Shown piece by piece: positions 1-8,957 of a stretch of DNA of 64,000 nt; positions within the stretch are counted from its first letter, which is position 1, and each line of letters opens with the position of its first letter. Both the position numbers and the translations under genes were made by a program. The notes beneath the pieces are model-generated. The model was not told where the DNA came from and ran no database searches. It saw only the letters and a list, made by a program, of their open reading frames with translations. This DNA comes from Acidobacteriota bacterium. Its GTDB lineage: Bacteria; Acidobacteriota; Terriglobia; Acidiferrales; 2-02-FULL-67-57. The stretch covers positions 6,315 through 70,314 of the forward strand of contig JBBIPK010000005.1 of the NCBI GenBank assembly GCA_037442885.1, given 5' to 3'.

Positions 1-791
1 CCAAGCGCCTGGCCTTCCAGCGCTACGATATCGGCCTCCGCGGGTGGCCGCAGCAGGCCGAGCGAGACCGGTTCGTTGATGGCGCAGATGAGGAGCGCGT
101 TGTGCTCGTGGCAGAAGCGGGAAAGCGCCGCCACATCCTCCACGCAGCCGAAAAAATTGGGCGACTGGATGGCGACCGCCGCCGTGCGGTCATCCAGTTG
201 CCGCGCCAGTGCCTCCCGATCCACCTGGCCGCTGGCGGCGTAAGGAAGCTCCTCGATCTGGAGTCCCTGGCCACGGGCATAAGTCGAAAGTACCTGCCGG
301 TATTCGGGGTGCAGAGAGCGCGCCACCAGCACGCGGGCGCGATCGCTGATGCGCACCGCCATAATCACGCTTTCGGGCAGGGCGGTTGAGCCGTCGTAGA
401 GGGAGGCATTGGCAATTTCCTGGCCGGTCAACTGGCAGATCAAGGTCTGGAATTCAAAGATCGCCTGCAGCGTGCCCTGGCTGATTTCGGGCTGGTAGGG
501 TGTGTAGGCGGTGAAGAACTCGCCGCGCGAGGCCAGCGCATCCACGACCACCGGACGGAAATGCGAATAGACACCGGCGCCTAGAAAACGCAGATAGCCG
601 CTGGCGTTTTCGCGTGCGCGCGCTTGAAAAAAATCCACGATTTCGGGTTCCGACAGCGGCCCGGGGATGGCCAGCGGCCGACGCAGGCGGATGGCGCCGG
701 GAATCGCCGCGAAGAGCTCTTCGACGGAAGCACACCCGATGCGTTCCAGCATTGCCTTCCGCTCGGCGTCAGACTTCGGCAGGTAGCGCAT
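1..791 (-). CDS. gcvPA: glycine dehydrogenase (decarboxylating) subunit 1 (GcvPA), 3' end runs off the left edge
   Basis: Absent from the ORF track because there is no stop in the window. My minus-strand translation from the ATG at 789-791 reads MRYLPKSDAERKAMLERIGCASVEELF...FFTAYTPYQPEISQGTLQAIFEFQTLICQLTG, the conserved P-protein subunit-1 N-terminus. ATGA overlap with the gcvH stop; gcvT-gcvH-gcvPA order. Confidence 0.85.
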   Translation of the reverse strand, partial: MRYLPKSDAERKAMLERIGCASVEELFAAIPGAIRLRRPLAIPGPLSEPEIVDFFQARARENASGYLRFLGAGVYSHFRPVVVDALASRGEFFTAYTPYQPEISQGTLQAIFEFQTLICQLTGQEIANASLYDGSTALPESVIMAVRISDRARVLVARSLHPEYRQVLSTYARGQGLQIEELPYAASGQVDREALARQLDDRTAAVAIQSPNFFGCVEDVAALSRFCHEHNALLICAINEPVSLGLLRPPAEADIVALEGQAL

Positions 792-1201
792 CAGCTCTCT
801 GCCTGCGCCCCCGTATCGGGCGCGCCCGATTGCAGGAAGGCTTCGTACTGCTCGGCGGTCAGCAGGCTGTTCAACTCGCTCGGATCCTTGATGCGCATCT
901 TGATGAGCCAGGCGGCACCATGGGGTTCCTGATTCAGCAGGGCGGGGTTCTCATTCAGGCTCGTGTTGACTTCTTCTACCCGGCCGGAAACGGGGGAGTA
1001 GAGTTCCGAGACTGCTTTGACGGATTCGACGGTGCCGAAGGCTTCCATGCCGGCAAACTCCGCGCCCGGCTTGGGCAGCTCGACGAAGACAATGTCGCCC
1101 AACTGTTCCTGGGCGTAGTGGGTGATGCCGATGGTGGCTCGGTCGCCCTCCAGCTTGATCCATTCGTGTTCGCGCGTGTAGCGGTAGTCGCGTGGGTACA
1201 T
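791..1201 (-). CDS. gcvH: glycine cleavage system H protein
   Basis: 136-aa ORF with ATG start. EHEWIKLEGDRATIGITHYAQEQLGDIVFVELP and the lipoyl-lysine context GTVESVKAVSELYSPVSGRV are classic GcvH. Confidence 0.95.
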   Translation of the reverse strand: MYPRDYRYTREHEWIKLEGDRATIGITHYAQEQLGDIVFVELPKPGAEFAGMEAFGTVESVKAVSELYSPVSGRVEEVNTSLNENPALLNQEPHGAAWLIKMRIKDPSELNSLLTAEQYEAFLQSGAPDTGAQAES

Positions 1202-1222
1202 CCGCTATCTCCTTCGAGCAGA

Positions 1223-2332
1223 TTACTTCGCTCGTCTGTAGAACGGTGTGGGAACGATTTCAGCCGGAGCCTCACTGCCGCGAATGCGGATGGCGAGGCG
1301 CGTTCCCGGCGCGCTGGCCGAAACGGGCACGTAGGCCAGCCCGACATTCTTCTTGAGCCAGGGCGCAAGAGAACCGCTCGTGACCCGGCCACACACATGG
1401 CCTCCGATGAGCACTGGATAGTCCTCGCGGGCGATACCGCGGTCGCGCATCTCGAAACCCACGAGGATGCGCTCCAGTCCCTTCTCTTTCTGCGCGCGCA
1501 GCGCGTCGCGGCCGATGAACTCGCCCTTCTCCAGTTTGCAAATCCAGTCGAGGCGCGCTTCCCAGACCGTGGTGGTGTCGTCGATCTCGTGGCCGTAGAG
1601 CGGGTAGCAGGCTTCGAGGCGGAGCGTGTTGCGCGCGCCCAGCCCGACGGGCAAGAGCCCTTCGGATTTGCCGGACTTCAGCAGCCCGTTCCAGAGCTTC
1701 TCGGATTCAGCGGGATCACAGTAGAGCTCAAAGCCGTCTTCCCCGGTGTAGCCGGTGCGCGCGACCAAGCAGTTCACCCCTAACACCTTTCCGAAGCTGA
1801 AGCGATAGGTGCGCAGCGCGGAAAGATCGAGCTCGGTGAGCGGCTGCAGGATGGCGGCCGCGCGCGGGCCCTGCACGGCAAGCTGGGTGTAGCGGTCGCT
1901 CGTGTTCTCCACCGTCGCGGCGAAGCGGTTCTGCTGCCGAATCCAGTCGTAGTCCTTCTCCCCGTTGCTCGCGTTGACACAGAGGAAGTAATGGTCGTCG
2001 GCGAGCTTGTGGAGGACGAGGTCGTCCGCAAAGGTGCCTTGCGGATAGAGCAGCGCGGTGTACTGTGCTTGCCCGATCGCCAGTCGGCTCGCGTCATTCG
2101 AGGTGACGTACTGCACCAGCGCCAGGGCTTCGCGGCCGCGGATCTCAATCTGTCCCATGTGGCTCACGTCAAAGAGGCCGGCTGCCGTTCGCACTGCCAG
2201 GTGCTCTGCGATGATTCCGCTGTATTCGAGCGGCAGCTCGAAGCCGCCGAAACTGGTCATGCGTGCGCCCAGGGCGCGATGGGTGGCGTGGAGGGCGGTC
2301 TTGCGCAGAGTGGTTTGGATTTCGGTGGTCAA
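1223..2332 (-). CDS. gcvT: aminomethyltransferase (glycine cleavage T protein)
   Basis: ORF 1223-2470. From LRKTALHATHRALGARMTSFGGFELPLEYSG...FDVSHMGQIEIRG onward it is GcvT-like. The first ~46 ORF codons are Arg/Pro/Gly-rich and unlike GcvT, so the start is placed at TTG 2330-2332 (start uncertain). Confidence 0.85.
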   Translation of the reverse strand: MTTEIQTTLRKTALHATHRALGARMTSFGGFELPLEYSGIIAEHLAVRTAAGLFDVSHMGQIEIRGREALALVQYVTSNDASRLAIGQAQYTALLYPQGTFADDLVLHKLADDHYFLCVNASNGEKDYDWIRQQNRFAATVENTSDRYTQLAVQGPRAAAILQPLTELDLSALRTYRFSFGKVLGVNCLVARTGYTGEDGFELYCDPAESEKLWNGLLKSGKSEGLLPVGLGARNTLRLEACYPLYGHEIDDTTTVWEARLDWICKLEKGEFIGRDALRAQKEKGLERILVGFEMRDRGIAREDYPVLIGGHVCGRVTSGSLAPWLKKNVGLAYVPVSASAPGTRLAIRIRGSEAPAEIVPTPFYRRAK

Positions 2333-2556
2333 CCCAGTTTCTCGCGCCTGCTCGCCGCGCCCGGGCCGCTGGCCGGGGGCGGGTCTGGCGCAGGCAGGCC
2401 GGCCGCGAGAATTCCCAAACCTAACACACGCCTCCCAAGCGGTCAAGGCACGCGGCAACAGGGGAGGCAACGGCGGAGGATAGATTTTAGTTGTGGCGGC
2501 TGTAGTCGGCAGATATAGTGAGGACAGCTCGGTTCGACCCTTCCCGAGGAAGGGGA

Positions 2557-2736
2557 ATGGAAACGCTCTTCACCTGCGCGCAGTGCGACCTGCCGGAGAA
2601 CCGGTGTCAATGCGAGCGCTACTGCATTCTGTGCCAATCCACGTACAACGTGCGGCTGGTGGGCGACGGACTCTACTACTGTGTGGATTGTCGCGAGGCC
2701 TGCGAATACCTTACCCAGGAAGGAACCATCACCTGA
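2557..2736 (+). CDS. small Cys-rich protein (four CxxC/CxC pairs, zinc-ribbon-like), unknown function
   Basis: ATG at 2557 preceded by GAGGAAGGGG. METLFTCAQCDLPENRCQCERYCILCQSTYNVRLVGDGLYYCVDCREACEY. GC-rich third codon positions. Confidence 0.5.
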   Translation: METLFTCAQCDLPENRCQCERYCILCQSTYNVRLVGDGLYYCVDCREACEYLTQEGTIT

Positions 2737-2794
2737 CTGTGCCCGCCGCCGTGCGTCTCCCTACCTGCCGCCGCCTCGACTCACTTCTGTGCGG

Positions 2795-3190
2795 ATGAAC
2801 GAAGAAGCCCGCCTCCGGCAGCTGCGCTTGTCGTTTTCGCCTGACCCGAAGTTATTCGGCGTCGTGCGCGACGCCGCCCAGATCGCCGCCCGCCAGGCTA
2901 CCTTCTCTGAAGCCGATGCCTTCAACCTGGGCCATTCGGTGGAACAGGCGTGCCGCCTGGTGCTCGAAGAGCAACAGGGAAGCGGGGTCGAGGCCGACAT
3001 CCATCTGCAGCTTCATGTCTTTGCCGATCGCATCGAGGCGCTGGTGGAGGACGTGAATCTGGAAGCTCTGCCGGTGTCTTCGCCCGATTTCTTTCTGATG
3101 GCGCGGGGTGTGGATCGGCTCCTCCAGGAAAAGACGACTCCGCCGCGGGGGCAACTCACACTGGTGAAGTATCGGCGGCGGGGAAACTAG
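2795..3190 (+). CDS. RsbW/SpoIIAB-like HATPase-fold protein (anti-sigma regulatory factor-like), possibly degenerate
   Basis: Internal ATG of ORF 2681-3190. Pattern LRLSFSPDPKLFGVVRDAAQIAARQATFSEADAFNLGHSVEQACRLVLEE...IHLQLHVFADRIEALVEDVN resembles the N-terminal half of anti-sigma Ser kinases. No clear N-box Asn. Confidence 0.4.
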   Translation: MNEEARLRQLRLSFSPDPKLFGVVRDAAQIAARQATFSEADAFNLGHSVEQACRLVLEEQQGSGVEADIHLQLHVFADRIEALVEDVNLEALPVSSPDFFLMARGVDRLLQEKTTPPRGQLTLVKYRRRGN

Positions 3191-4161
3191 AGGCCGGAAA
3201 GGAAAATGCGGCGGGTGAGCAGCTTGCGGAGTTCCTGCTCGGCAATCGTGAGCCGCACTTGCAAACGATCCCCCTGCGTGCTCACCTGGCTCTGCTCGAG
3301 CACACGGCTCAGCTCGGGATTGTCATCCTTCATGCGGTAGCGCTGCACGAACAGGCCGGTCTGCAGCAAGAGCGAGAAGGCCTGGGCATCGAGCGAGCTC
3401 TCGCACCAGGCCTGAAAACTGATTTCCATATCGCGGCTCACCTGCACTTGCAGGGTGGAGGCCTGGAAGCGGCGCGCCACGGTCTCGAATTGATCGAAGC
3501 GCGCGGCCTCCGGCACCACCTGGGCCAGCGTGTAGCGCGTGTAGAGTTCGTCGAAGACCGCCCAGACTGGCGCGCGGCCGTTCACTTCGTTGAGCCGCGC
3601 CAGAAACTTCTCGTTGTGGAGCAGGTGGTCGTGGGCGCCGTAACGTGTCTCCAGCAGCAGGGCCAGACCGGGGCGGGTGCCGAAGATGGCGGTGGAGGCA
3701 TCGAGGAAGGAAAAAAACAGGTCTCCTTCTCCCACGCCGCTGCCGAAGGGAAAGAGCGTCTGTCCGCGATAGACGTCGAGGGGGAGTTTCTGGTCGAGGA
3801 AGAAGCGCTCGACGCGCTCGGGGGCAAAATTGCCCTCGGCCAGCCCGATGAAGCGTTCCCCGGCGCCCTCCCCCGGCGGGACGAATATCCACGCCAGCCA
3901 GGAGATGTCCTGGTCCAGGTTCATGCCGATGGAGTTGAGGAAATTGGCGAAGTGCTCGAAGCGCGCGGGCAGCAGTTGCGACTTCAAGTTGGCATAGTGG
4001 GGTGAGCGGCGAGCTTCCTTCAGGTCGACGAAGACGATCTGGCCGGTTTCGGCCGGGAGCAGGTAGAGGACATCCGAGCGCAAAGTTCCCGCCTGCGCCG
4101 CCGGCAGGGCAGACCCCAGCAGAGTTAACGCTGCAACAATGGTGAGGGTTCTTCTGTTCAT
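3187..4161 (-). CDS. exported hypothetical protein
   Basis: 324-aa ORF with signal peptide MNRRTLTIVAALTLLGSALPAAQA. No family recognised. Confidence 0.7.
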   Translation of the reverse strand: MNRRTLTIVAALTLLGSALPAAQAGTLRSDVLYLLPAETGQIVFVDLKEARRSPHYANLKSQLLPARFEHFANFLNSIGMNLDQDISWLAWIFVPPGEGAGERFIGLAEGNFAPERVERFFLDQKLPLDVYRGQTLFPFGSGVGEGDLFFSFLDASTAIFGTRPGLALLLETRYGAHDHLLHNEKFLARLNEVNGRAPVWAVFDELYTRYTLAQVVPEAARFDQFETVARRFQASTLQVQVSRDMEISFQAWCESSLDAQAFSLLLQTGLFVQRYRMKDDNPELSRVLEQSQVSTQGDRLQVRLTIAEQELRKLLTRRIFLSGL

Positions 4162-4166
4162 GGCAG

Positions 4167-5594
4167 CTAGGGGGCCAGCAGTCTGACCCGTTTGGTTATG
4201 ATGCGCCCCTGCCCGACCTGTTCGACAAACAGGCCGCGCACGCCAACGGTCTGTCCGGGCACCATGCTGCCCAGGCCGGCGGGCAGGTCTTCAAACTCGG
4301 TCTCGGCAGCCGTGGCCGACACCAGGGTGGCGAAGCCGACGTCGGGGAAGAAATTGGAAAGCGGCGTGTAGTTGAAGGTGGTAATGCCGACGGTAGCGAC
4401 CTGGCCGGGGATGGTCCCCTGTTTGAGCACGATCTGCGCCGCGCGCGTGGGCGTGGTGCTGTCGGCTTCGAGCAAAACGCTCTGGCCCGGGCGCAACTCC
4501 TGCCGGTCGAAGGTCAGACCAGTGACCGAGAGGTCTTCGATGTTCAGCCGGAACGCAGTGCTGGCGTCGATGGAGAAAGTGAGCTGGTCGCCGGCGTCGA
4601 GGATGACCTGGTCGGGGTTTTCCTCCCGCACCAGCAGGGTCACGCTGGTGGCGTCACCCGTTGCAGGCGAGCGCGCAAGCACGAGTCCCCGGACAAAATT
4701 GGCGGAGCTCGTGGAATCTACCTCCACTACGAGACCACGGTAGTTGCCGCTCGATTGCAGGCGCGCATCCACTTCCACGCGCTGTCCCGTGGCCAGTCCC
4801 GCCAAGCTGGTAACGACGCCATCAAAGATCGTATTGGCGTCGACTTCGATAGTAATCTGCTGCCTGGTGGCCATCAGGGTCATGGTGAAGCGGTTGTTGG
4901 ATGGGTCAACGGTGTCGATGGTGCCGAGGGCGTCGTCAATATCGCCGGGCAATTCGCCCACGAGAAACGAGGTGCTGATGAGCGCGAACTGCGGCGTGAC
5001 CTGCGTGGTGGAGATGACGGAAGCGAGCAGGTCGAAATCCAGGCGGAAGCCCACGATGTCGCCGGCATTGAGTGAGATGTTGACCGAAAGCGTAACCGAG
5101 GACACGGTCAAGGCAGGGCTGTGGCTGTCGAAGAGACCGGTGCTGGGGTTGTACACCACCATCTGCGGGCTGGCTACTAGTACTTCCAGTTGGTTGTAGG
5201 TGCCCGCCGGAACCTGCGTGGTACTCAGCAGGGTGGGCGCGAGGCTCCGCGACACCCATTCCAGTTCGACCGAGGAAGGCAGTAACGAGACAGGGGTGCC
5301 GGTGGTAGAAGTGAGCGTAATGCCGGTGAGCGTCATCTCGAAGGAGTGAACGTTGTCAGCGGCCTGATCTTCGGCAAAGAGGACGAGCGTGGCGTTCTGT
5401 GCCCCTCCCCCGCCTGCGCCACCTCCGCCGCCGCCCCCGAAGCTGCCCCCGCCACCACCGCCGCCGGCCGCCTCAGCTATGGCCTGGACGGCCGTGGGAG
5501 CAAGGCCGCACGAGCTCGTTCCCAGCGCGAGCGCAAGAATCGCGCCGGCCACTGCCAGCCGTACCCTCGGAGACGTCTTCAGCCTCATCGTCAC
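4167..5594 (-). CDS. probable lipoprotein with Gly tract, DUF4382-like / DUF5666-like beta-rich protein
   Basis: 475-aa ORF. Signal peptide ending LALGTSSC, then GGGGGGGSFGGGGGGGAGGGG, then Thr/Val-rich repeats of beta-strand character. Family assignment is from memory only. Confidence 0.7.
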   Translation of the reverse strand: MTMRLKTSPRVRLAVAGAILALALGTSSCGLAPTAVQAIAEAAGGGGGGGSFGGGGGGGAGGGGAQNATLVLFAEDQAADNVHSFEMTLTGITLTSTTGTPVSLLPSSVELEWVSRSLAPTLLSTTQVPAGTYNQLEVLVASPQMVVYNPSTGLFDSHSPALTVSSVTLSVNISLNAGDIVGFRLDFDLLASVISTTQVTPQFALISTSFLVGELPGDIDDALGTIDTVDPSNNRFTMTLMATRQQITIEVDANTIFDGVVTSLAGLATGQRVEVDARLQSSGNYRGLVVEVDSTSSANFVRGLVLARSPATGDATSVTLLVREENPDQVILDAGDQLTFSIDASTAFRLNIEDLSVTGLTFDRQELRPGQSVLLEADSTTPTRAAQIVLKQGTIPGQVATVGITTFNYTPLSNFFPDVGFATLVSATAAETEFEDLPAGLGSMVPGQTVGVRGLFVEQVGQGRIITKRVRLLAP

Positions 5595-5607
5595 CTCACC
5601 TTACACC

Positions 5608-7134
5608 CTATTTTGCCACGAGTTCAGCTTCCGCCAGCCGTGCCTCGAGGCTGGCGATGCGCTGGCGCTGCCGGGCTACGTAGTCCGCATCATCGAGTCC
5701 CTTGAGGTTGATCTCTACGTTCTCCAAGGCACCGCGCACGCCGGCCTGGGCCATGGCGCGTGCGGTGCGAATATCAGACGCCAGGGAGGCGCTGGTGATA
5801 GCCACTAATTGATTCAGATGCTCCAGGACGCGGGCTGTTGCCTCGGCCACTCCCAGCGGCACCTCGGCCGCGTGGCGCAACGCCGCTGCCACTGCCCTCT
5901 GGCGCTCCTGCTTCTCCGCATCGCTCGCTTGCGGCAGGCGGTAGGCGGCCAGCACGGCCTCGTAGCTCTCTGCGTCCAGGTCAATGGCTGCCCGGAGCTG
6001 CTCGGCGAGGCGGGCCAGCTCACTCGCGTGCGCCTCCAGGCGAGCGGCATGCTCGGCGTGAGCCTTCTTGGTTTTCGAGATGCCCGCCACCATCTGCCCC
6101 AGCGCCGCCGCCAGCGCGCCCGCTAGGGCGGCCACCGATCCACCCCCCGGCGTGGGCGTAGGAGCGGCCACGACGGAAATGAATCCTTCCACTTGCGCTG
6201 CCGGGGAGGTGGAGAGGACGGCCGCCAGGCGGTTCTCGAGGATCTGCTTGTCGGGATCGAAGTTTTCGAGCTGGAGGTAGAACTCCGCCGCGTCCTCCAG
6301 CGCCCGCTTGGGCACGAGGCCGACGATTTCACTGCCCACGATGGTGACGCCGTAGCGGGCCGCTTCGCTCCGCACCAGCTCGAAGACGCGGGAGATGGAA
6401 GTTTGTTCGAAGTCGGTGAGGTTGATGGAGACCTGGGCCAGGTTGCGCGCCTTGAGGTCCACGCCCATGGCTTTCACGTAGGGCAGGCCGCCGCTAGAAA
6501 AGCGGATGGTCTTGGCAATGGCCTTGGCGAGGCCGACGTCGGGGGTGTTCAGGTTGATGTTGTAGGCGATGAGAAACTTGCGGGCTCCCACTACCGTGGC
6601 GCCGGCAGTGGGATGAACGCGGGGGGTGCCGAAGTCGGGCGCGCGCTCGGGATTGGTGGCGATCTCCTCCCGCAAGCCTTCAAACTGGCCGCGGCGGATG
6701 TTTTCGAGATTCACGCGGTCGGGCCGCGTGGCGGCGGCTTCGTAGAGATAGACAGGGATGCGGTGGCGTCGCCAAATTTCCGCGCCCACCCAACGGGCGA
6801 TTTCCACGCAATCGTCCAGCGTAACGCCGCGGACAGGGACGAAAGGGACGACGTCAGCGGCCCCGATACGCGGATGCGCGCCCTGGTGCCGGGTCAGATC
6901 AATCAATTCCGCCGCTTTGCCCACCCCGCGGACAGCGGCTTCGCCGATGGCTTCCTTCGGCCCGACGATGGTAATGACCGAGCGGTTATGGTCGGCGTCC
7001 ATTTCCTGGTCGAGGAGGGAAATCCCGGGGACAGAGGTGAGCGCAGCGACAAGCTGGCGGACTTTTTCCGGGTCGCGGCCTTCGCTGAAATTGGGGACGC
7101 ATTCAACCAGGGTAGACACCGGGGGTCTCGTCAC
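5608..7134 (-). CDS. ftcD: bifunctional glutamate formimidoyltransferase / formimidoyl-THF cyclodeaminase
   Basis: 508 aa, GTG start. The N-terminus LVECVPNFSEGRDPEKV...HPRIGAADVVPFVP is the formiminotransferase signature. The C-terminal ~190 aa, an Ala-rich helical domain (GGGSVAALAGALAAALGQMV), is cyclodeaminase-like. Confidence 0.9.
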   Translation of the reverse strand: MTRPPVSTLVECVPNFSEGRDPEKVRQLVAALTSVPGISLLDQEMDADHNRSVITIVGPKEAIGEAAVRGVGKAAELIDLTRHQGAHPRIGAADVVPFVPVRGVTLDDCVEIARWVGAEIWRRHRIPVYLYEAAATRPDRVNLENIRRGQFEGLREEIATNPERAPDFGTPRVHPTAGATVVGARKFLIAYNINLNTPDVGLAKAIAKTIRFSSGGLPYVKAMGVDLKARNLAQVSINLTDFEQTSISRVFELVRSEAARYGVTIVGSEIVGLVPKRALEDAAEFYLQLENFDPDKQILENRLAAVLSTSPAAQVEGFISVVAAPTPTPGGGSVAALAGALAAALGQMVAGISKTKKAHAEHAARLEAHASELARLAEQLRAAIDLDAESYEAVLAAYRLPQASDAEKQERQRAVAAALRHAAEVPLGVAEATARVLEHLNQLVAITSASLASDIRTARAMAQAGVRGALENVEINLKGLDDADYVARQRQRIASLEARLAEAELVAK

Positions 7135-7343
7135 GGTTTGGTCTCAAGGGATTCGCGGAGCCGGCGGGCATACTTGTCGAACCACTTGGGAGCGTCGTCC
7201 TTGCCGACCGCGCGCTCCAGGTAGGCGCGATAGTCCATCAACAGGGCGGCCAGGCGACCGAGGGGGCGGGGGCGATTGGGGTCCATCCCGCAGGCGGCGA
7301 GCCAGCGGTAGAAATCAAGCGGTCGCTGGTCTTGTTCGGCCAT
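7131..7343 (-). CDS. small hypothetical protein between hutI and ftcD
   Basis: ORF 7131-7361 (GTG) with an internal ATG at 7343. Strong GC3 bias and helical-looking sequence (FYRWLAACGMDPNRPRPLGRLAALLMDYRAYLERAV). Its stop overlaps the ftcD GTG (GTGA). Confidence 0.5.
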   Translation of the reverse strand: MAEQDQRPLDFYRWLAACGMDPNRPRPLGRLAALLMDYRAYLERAVGKDDAPKWFDKYARRLRESLETKP

Positions 7344-8595
7344 CGTGAACAACCTGTCCACGTTTCAGGGTCAGGCGGCAGAAATTTACCCCGAAATAAT
7401 ACGGGATTTCGCGGTAATCGGAAAGCTCGAAGGCGATGAGGTCGGCTTGCTTGCCGACTTCAAGCGAGCCGATGCGGTCGGCGCGGCGCAGGGAGAAGGC
7501 GGCGTTCAGGGTGCTGGCGACGATGGCTTCTGCCGGCGTCATCTGCATCTGGGTGCAGGCCAGCGCAAGGATGAGTTGCATGTTGAGCGTGGGGCTGGTG
7601 CCGGGGTTGAAATCGGTGGCGAGGGCAACCGCAGCGCCGGCGTCAAGCAAGGCCCGCGCAGGCGGATAGGTGCCCTTGCCTAGGTGGAAGACTGCACCGG
7701 GGAGCAGCGTGGCGACGGTGTCGGAGCGGGCCAGGGCGCGGATGTCAGCGCGGCTGATGCGCTCGAGGTGGTCGGCGCTGGCGGCGTGGAGGTCAACGGC
7801 CAGGCGGGTGGCGCCGGTACGGGCGAGTTGGTCGGCGTGCAGCCGCGGCTCCATCCCGCAGACGCGCCCTGCCTTCAGGATGTGGCGTGCCTGCGAGGGG
7901 GTAAAGGCGCCGCGGTCGCAGAACACGTCGCAGAACTCGGCCAGGCCCAGGCTTGCCACCGTGGGAATCATGCGATGAACCAGGACGTCCACGTAGGCCT
8001 GCGGCCGACGCCTGTACTCCGGGGGAACCACGTGAGCGCCGAGGAAGGTGGGAACGATTTCGAGGGGGCCCTCGCGATTGAGCAGGCGCAGGACTTCCAG
8101 GGTCTTGAGTTCGTTGGCGAGGTCGAGGCCGTAGCCGCTCTTGGCTTCCAGTGTGGTGGTGCCGTAGCGAGCGAACTCGGCCAGCCGCTGGCGCGCTTCT
8201 TCCAGCAGCAGTTCTGCCGGGGCCTGGCGGAGGCGTTTGACGCTCGCGAGGATGCCGCCGCCGCGGCGGGCGATTTGCTCGTAGGTGGCGCCGCGGATGC
8301 GTTGCTCGTATTCCTCGACGCGGCTGGCAGCGAAGATGAGGTGGGTGTGGGAGTCCACGAAGCCCGGCAGGACGACCCACTGCCGGGCATCAAGTTTGGC
8401 GGCTTTGGCGGCCAGGCGATGGCGCTCGACGGTGCGGGTGGGGCCGACGGCGGCGATGCGCCCGTCAGCCACCAACACGGCGCCGTCAGCGATGAGGCCG
8501 AGTTCGCGCAAGGCGCGGCCGCGGCGGGGCGGCTTGCTCCCCTGCAAGGTGAGCAACTGGCGGCAGGCGGCGATGAGCAGCGGCGGCGATGACAC
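7315..8595 (-). CDS. hutI: imidazolonepropionase
   Basis: ORF 7315-8964. The HutI-like part starts near SSPPLLIAACRQLLTLQG and includes PGFVDSHTHLIF. The upstream 120 codons are Pro/Ser/Cys-rich junk, so the start is placed at GTG 8593-8595 (uncertain). Confidence 0.85.
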   Translation of the reverse strand: MSSPPLLIAACRQLLTLQGSKPPRRGRALRELGLIADGAVLVADGRIAAVGPTRTVERHRLAAKAAKLDARQWVVLPGFVDSHTHLIFAASRVEEYEQRIRGATYEQIARRGGGILASVKRLRQAPAELLLEEARQRLAEFARYGTTTLEAKSGYGLDLANELKTLEVLRLLNREGPLEIVPTFLGAHVVPPEYRRRPQAYVDVLVHRMIPTVASLGLAEFCDVFCDRGAFTPSQARHILKAGRVCGMEPRLHADQLARTGATRLAVDLHAASADHLERISRADIRALARSDTVATLLPGAVFHLGKGTYPPARALLDAGAAVALATDFNPGTSPTLNMQLILALACTQMQMTPAEAIVASTLNAAFSLRRADRIGSLEVGKQADLIAFELSDYREIPYYFGVNFCRLTLKRGQVVHDGRTRPATA

Positions 8596-8957
8596 GGGCG
8601 TTTCTACAGCGATGGTGCGAGGCAGGATACCACAGCGGATGTGTGCGGCAGACGGATAACCTAGCAAGCATGTTGGAGCATATGAACTTGCTTGGGGAGA
8701 ATCTTCGAGGCTGAAGCCGGCGTCTCTCCCGCGTTCTTTCGGCACGGGGCCTTCGGCAGGTAGGACGGAAGTCCTGCCCCAGCAGCCACGACCTGCCGAG
8801 GGCTTGCGGGTGCAGAGCACCTCTTCCAAGCTGACCTCGGTGGGAACCCGGCGGTGGGAGCCAGGGGGTTGAATAGGGCGGCAGGTAGAACTTGGGCTCC
8901 ACTCAGGGCAAGCAGTCGGCCCTGCGAAAGCAGGGGAGCACGAAGCAGTCGCGGCCA

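Noticed and set aside
614-1783. 389-aa + strand ORF and several nested ORFs over the gcv genes
   Set aside because: They are antisense to gcvPA, gcvH and gcvT, which all have unmistakable signatures. The same reasoning rejects 11954-12868 (-), 22069-23205 (-), 24513-25715 (+), 49556-51250 (+), 56205-57611 (-), 58755-60284 (+), 35216-36658 (+) and similar track entries.
2333-2470. Possible glycine riboswitch upstream of gcvT; the region has a long-range 8-bp stem TTCTCGCG...CGCGAGAA on the minus strand
   Set aside because: I cannot find the conserved glycine-aptamer cores (GGAGAG, CACCG, GGGGCAA-type segments). The stem may be incidental in GC-rich sequence, or the region may be coding if the longer gcvT start is real.
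2528-2550. GGTTCGACCC, resembling a tRNA T-loop
   Set aside because: The flanks do not fold into T-stem, acceptor or anticodon arms. Only a 5-bp CTCGG/CCGAG hairpin with an 11-nt loop forms. It also overlaps the Shine-Dalgarno region of the small Cys-rich gene.
5400-5470. Short-period nucleotide repeat (also 41098-41135)
   Set aside because: Both are in-frame codon repeats encoding the Gly tract of the lipoprotein and the Pro tract of the TonB-like protein. They are not CRISPR arrays or non-coding tandem repeats.
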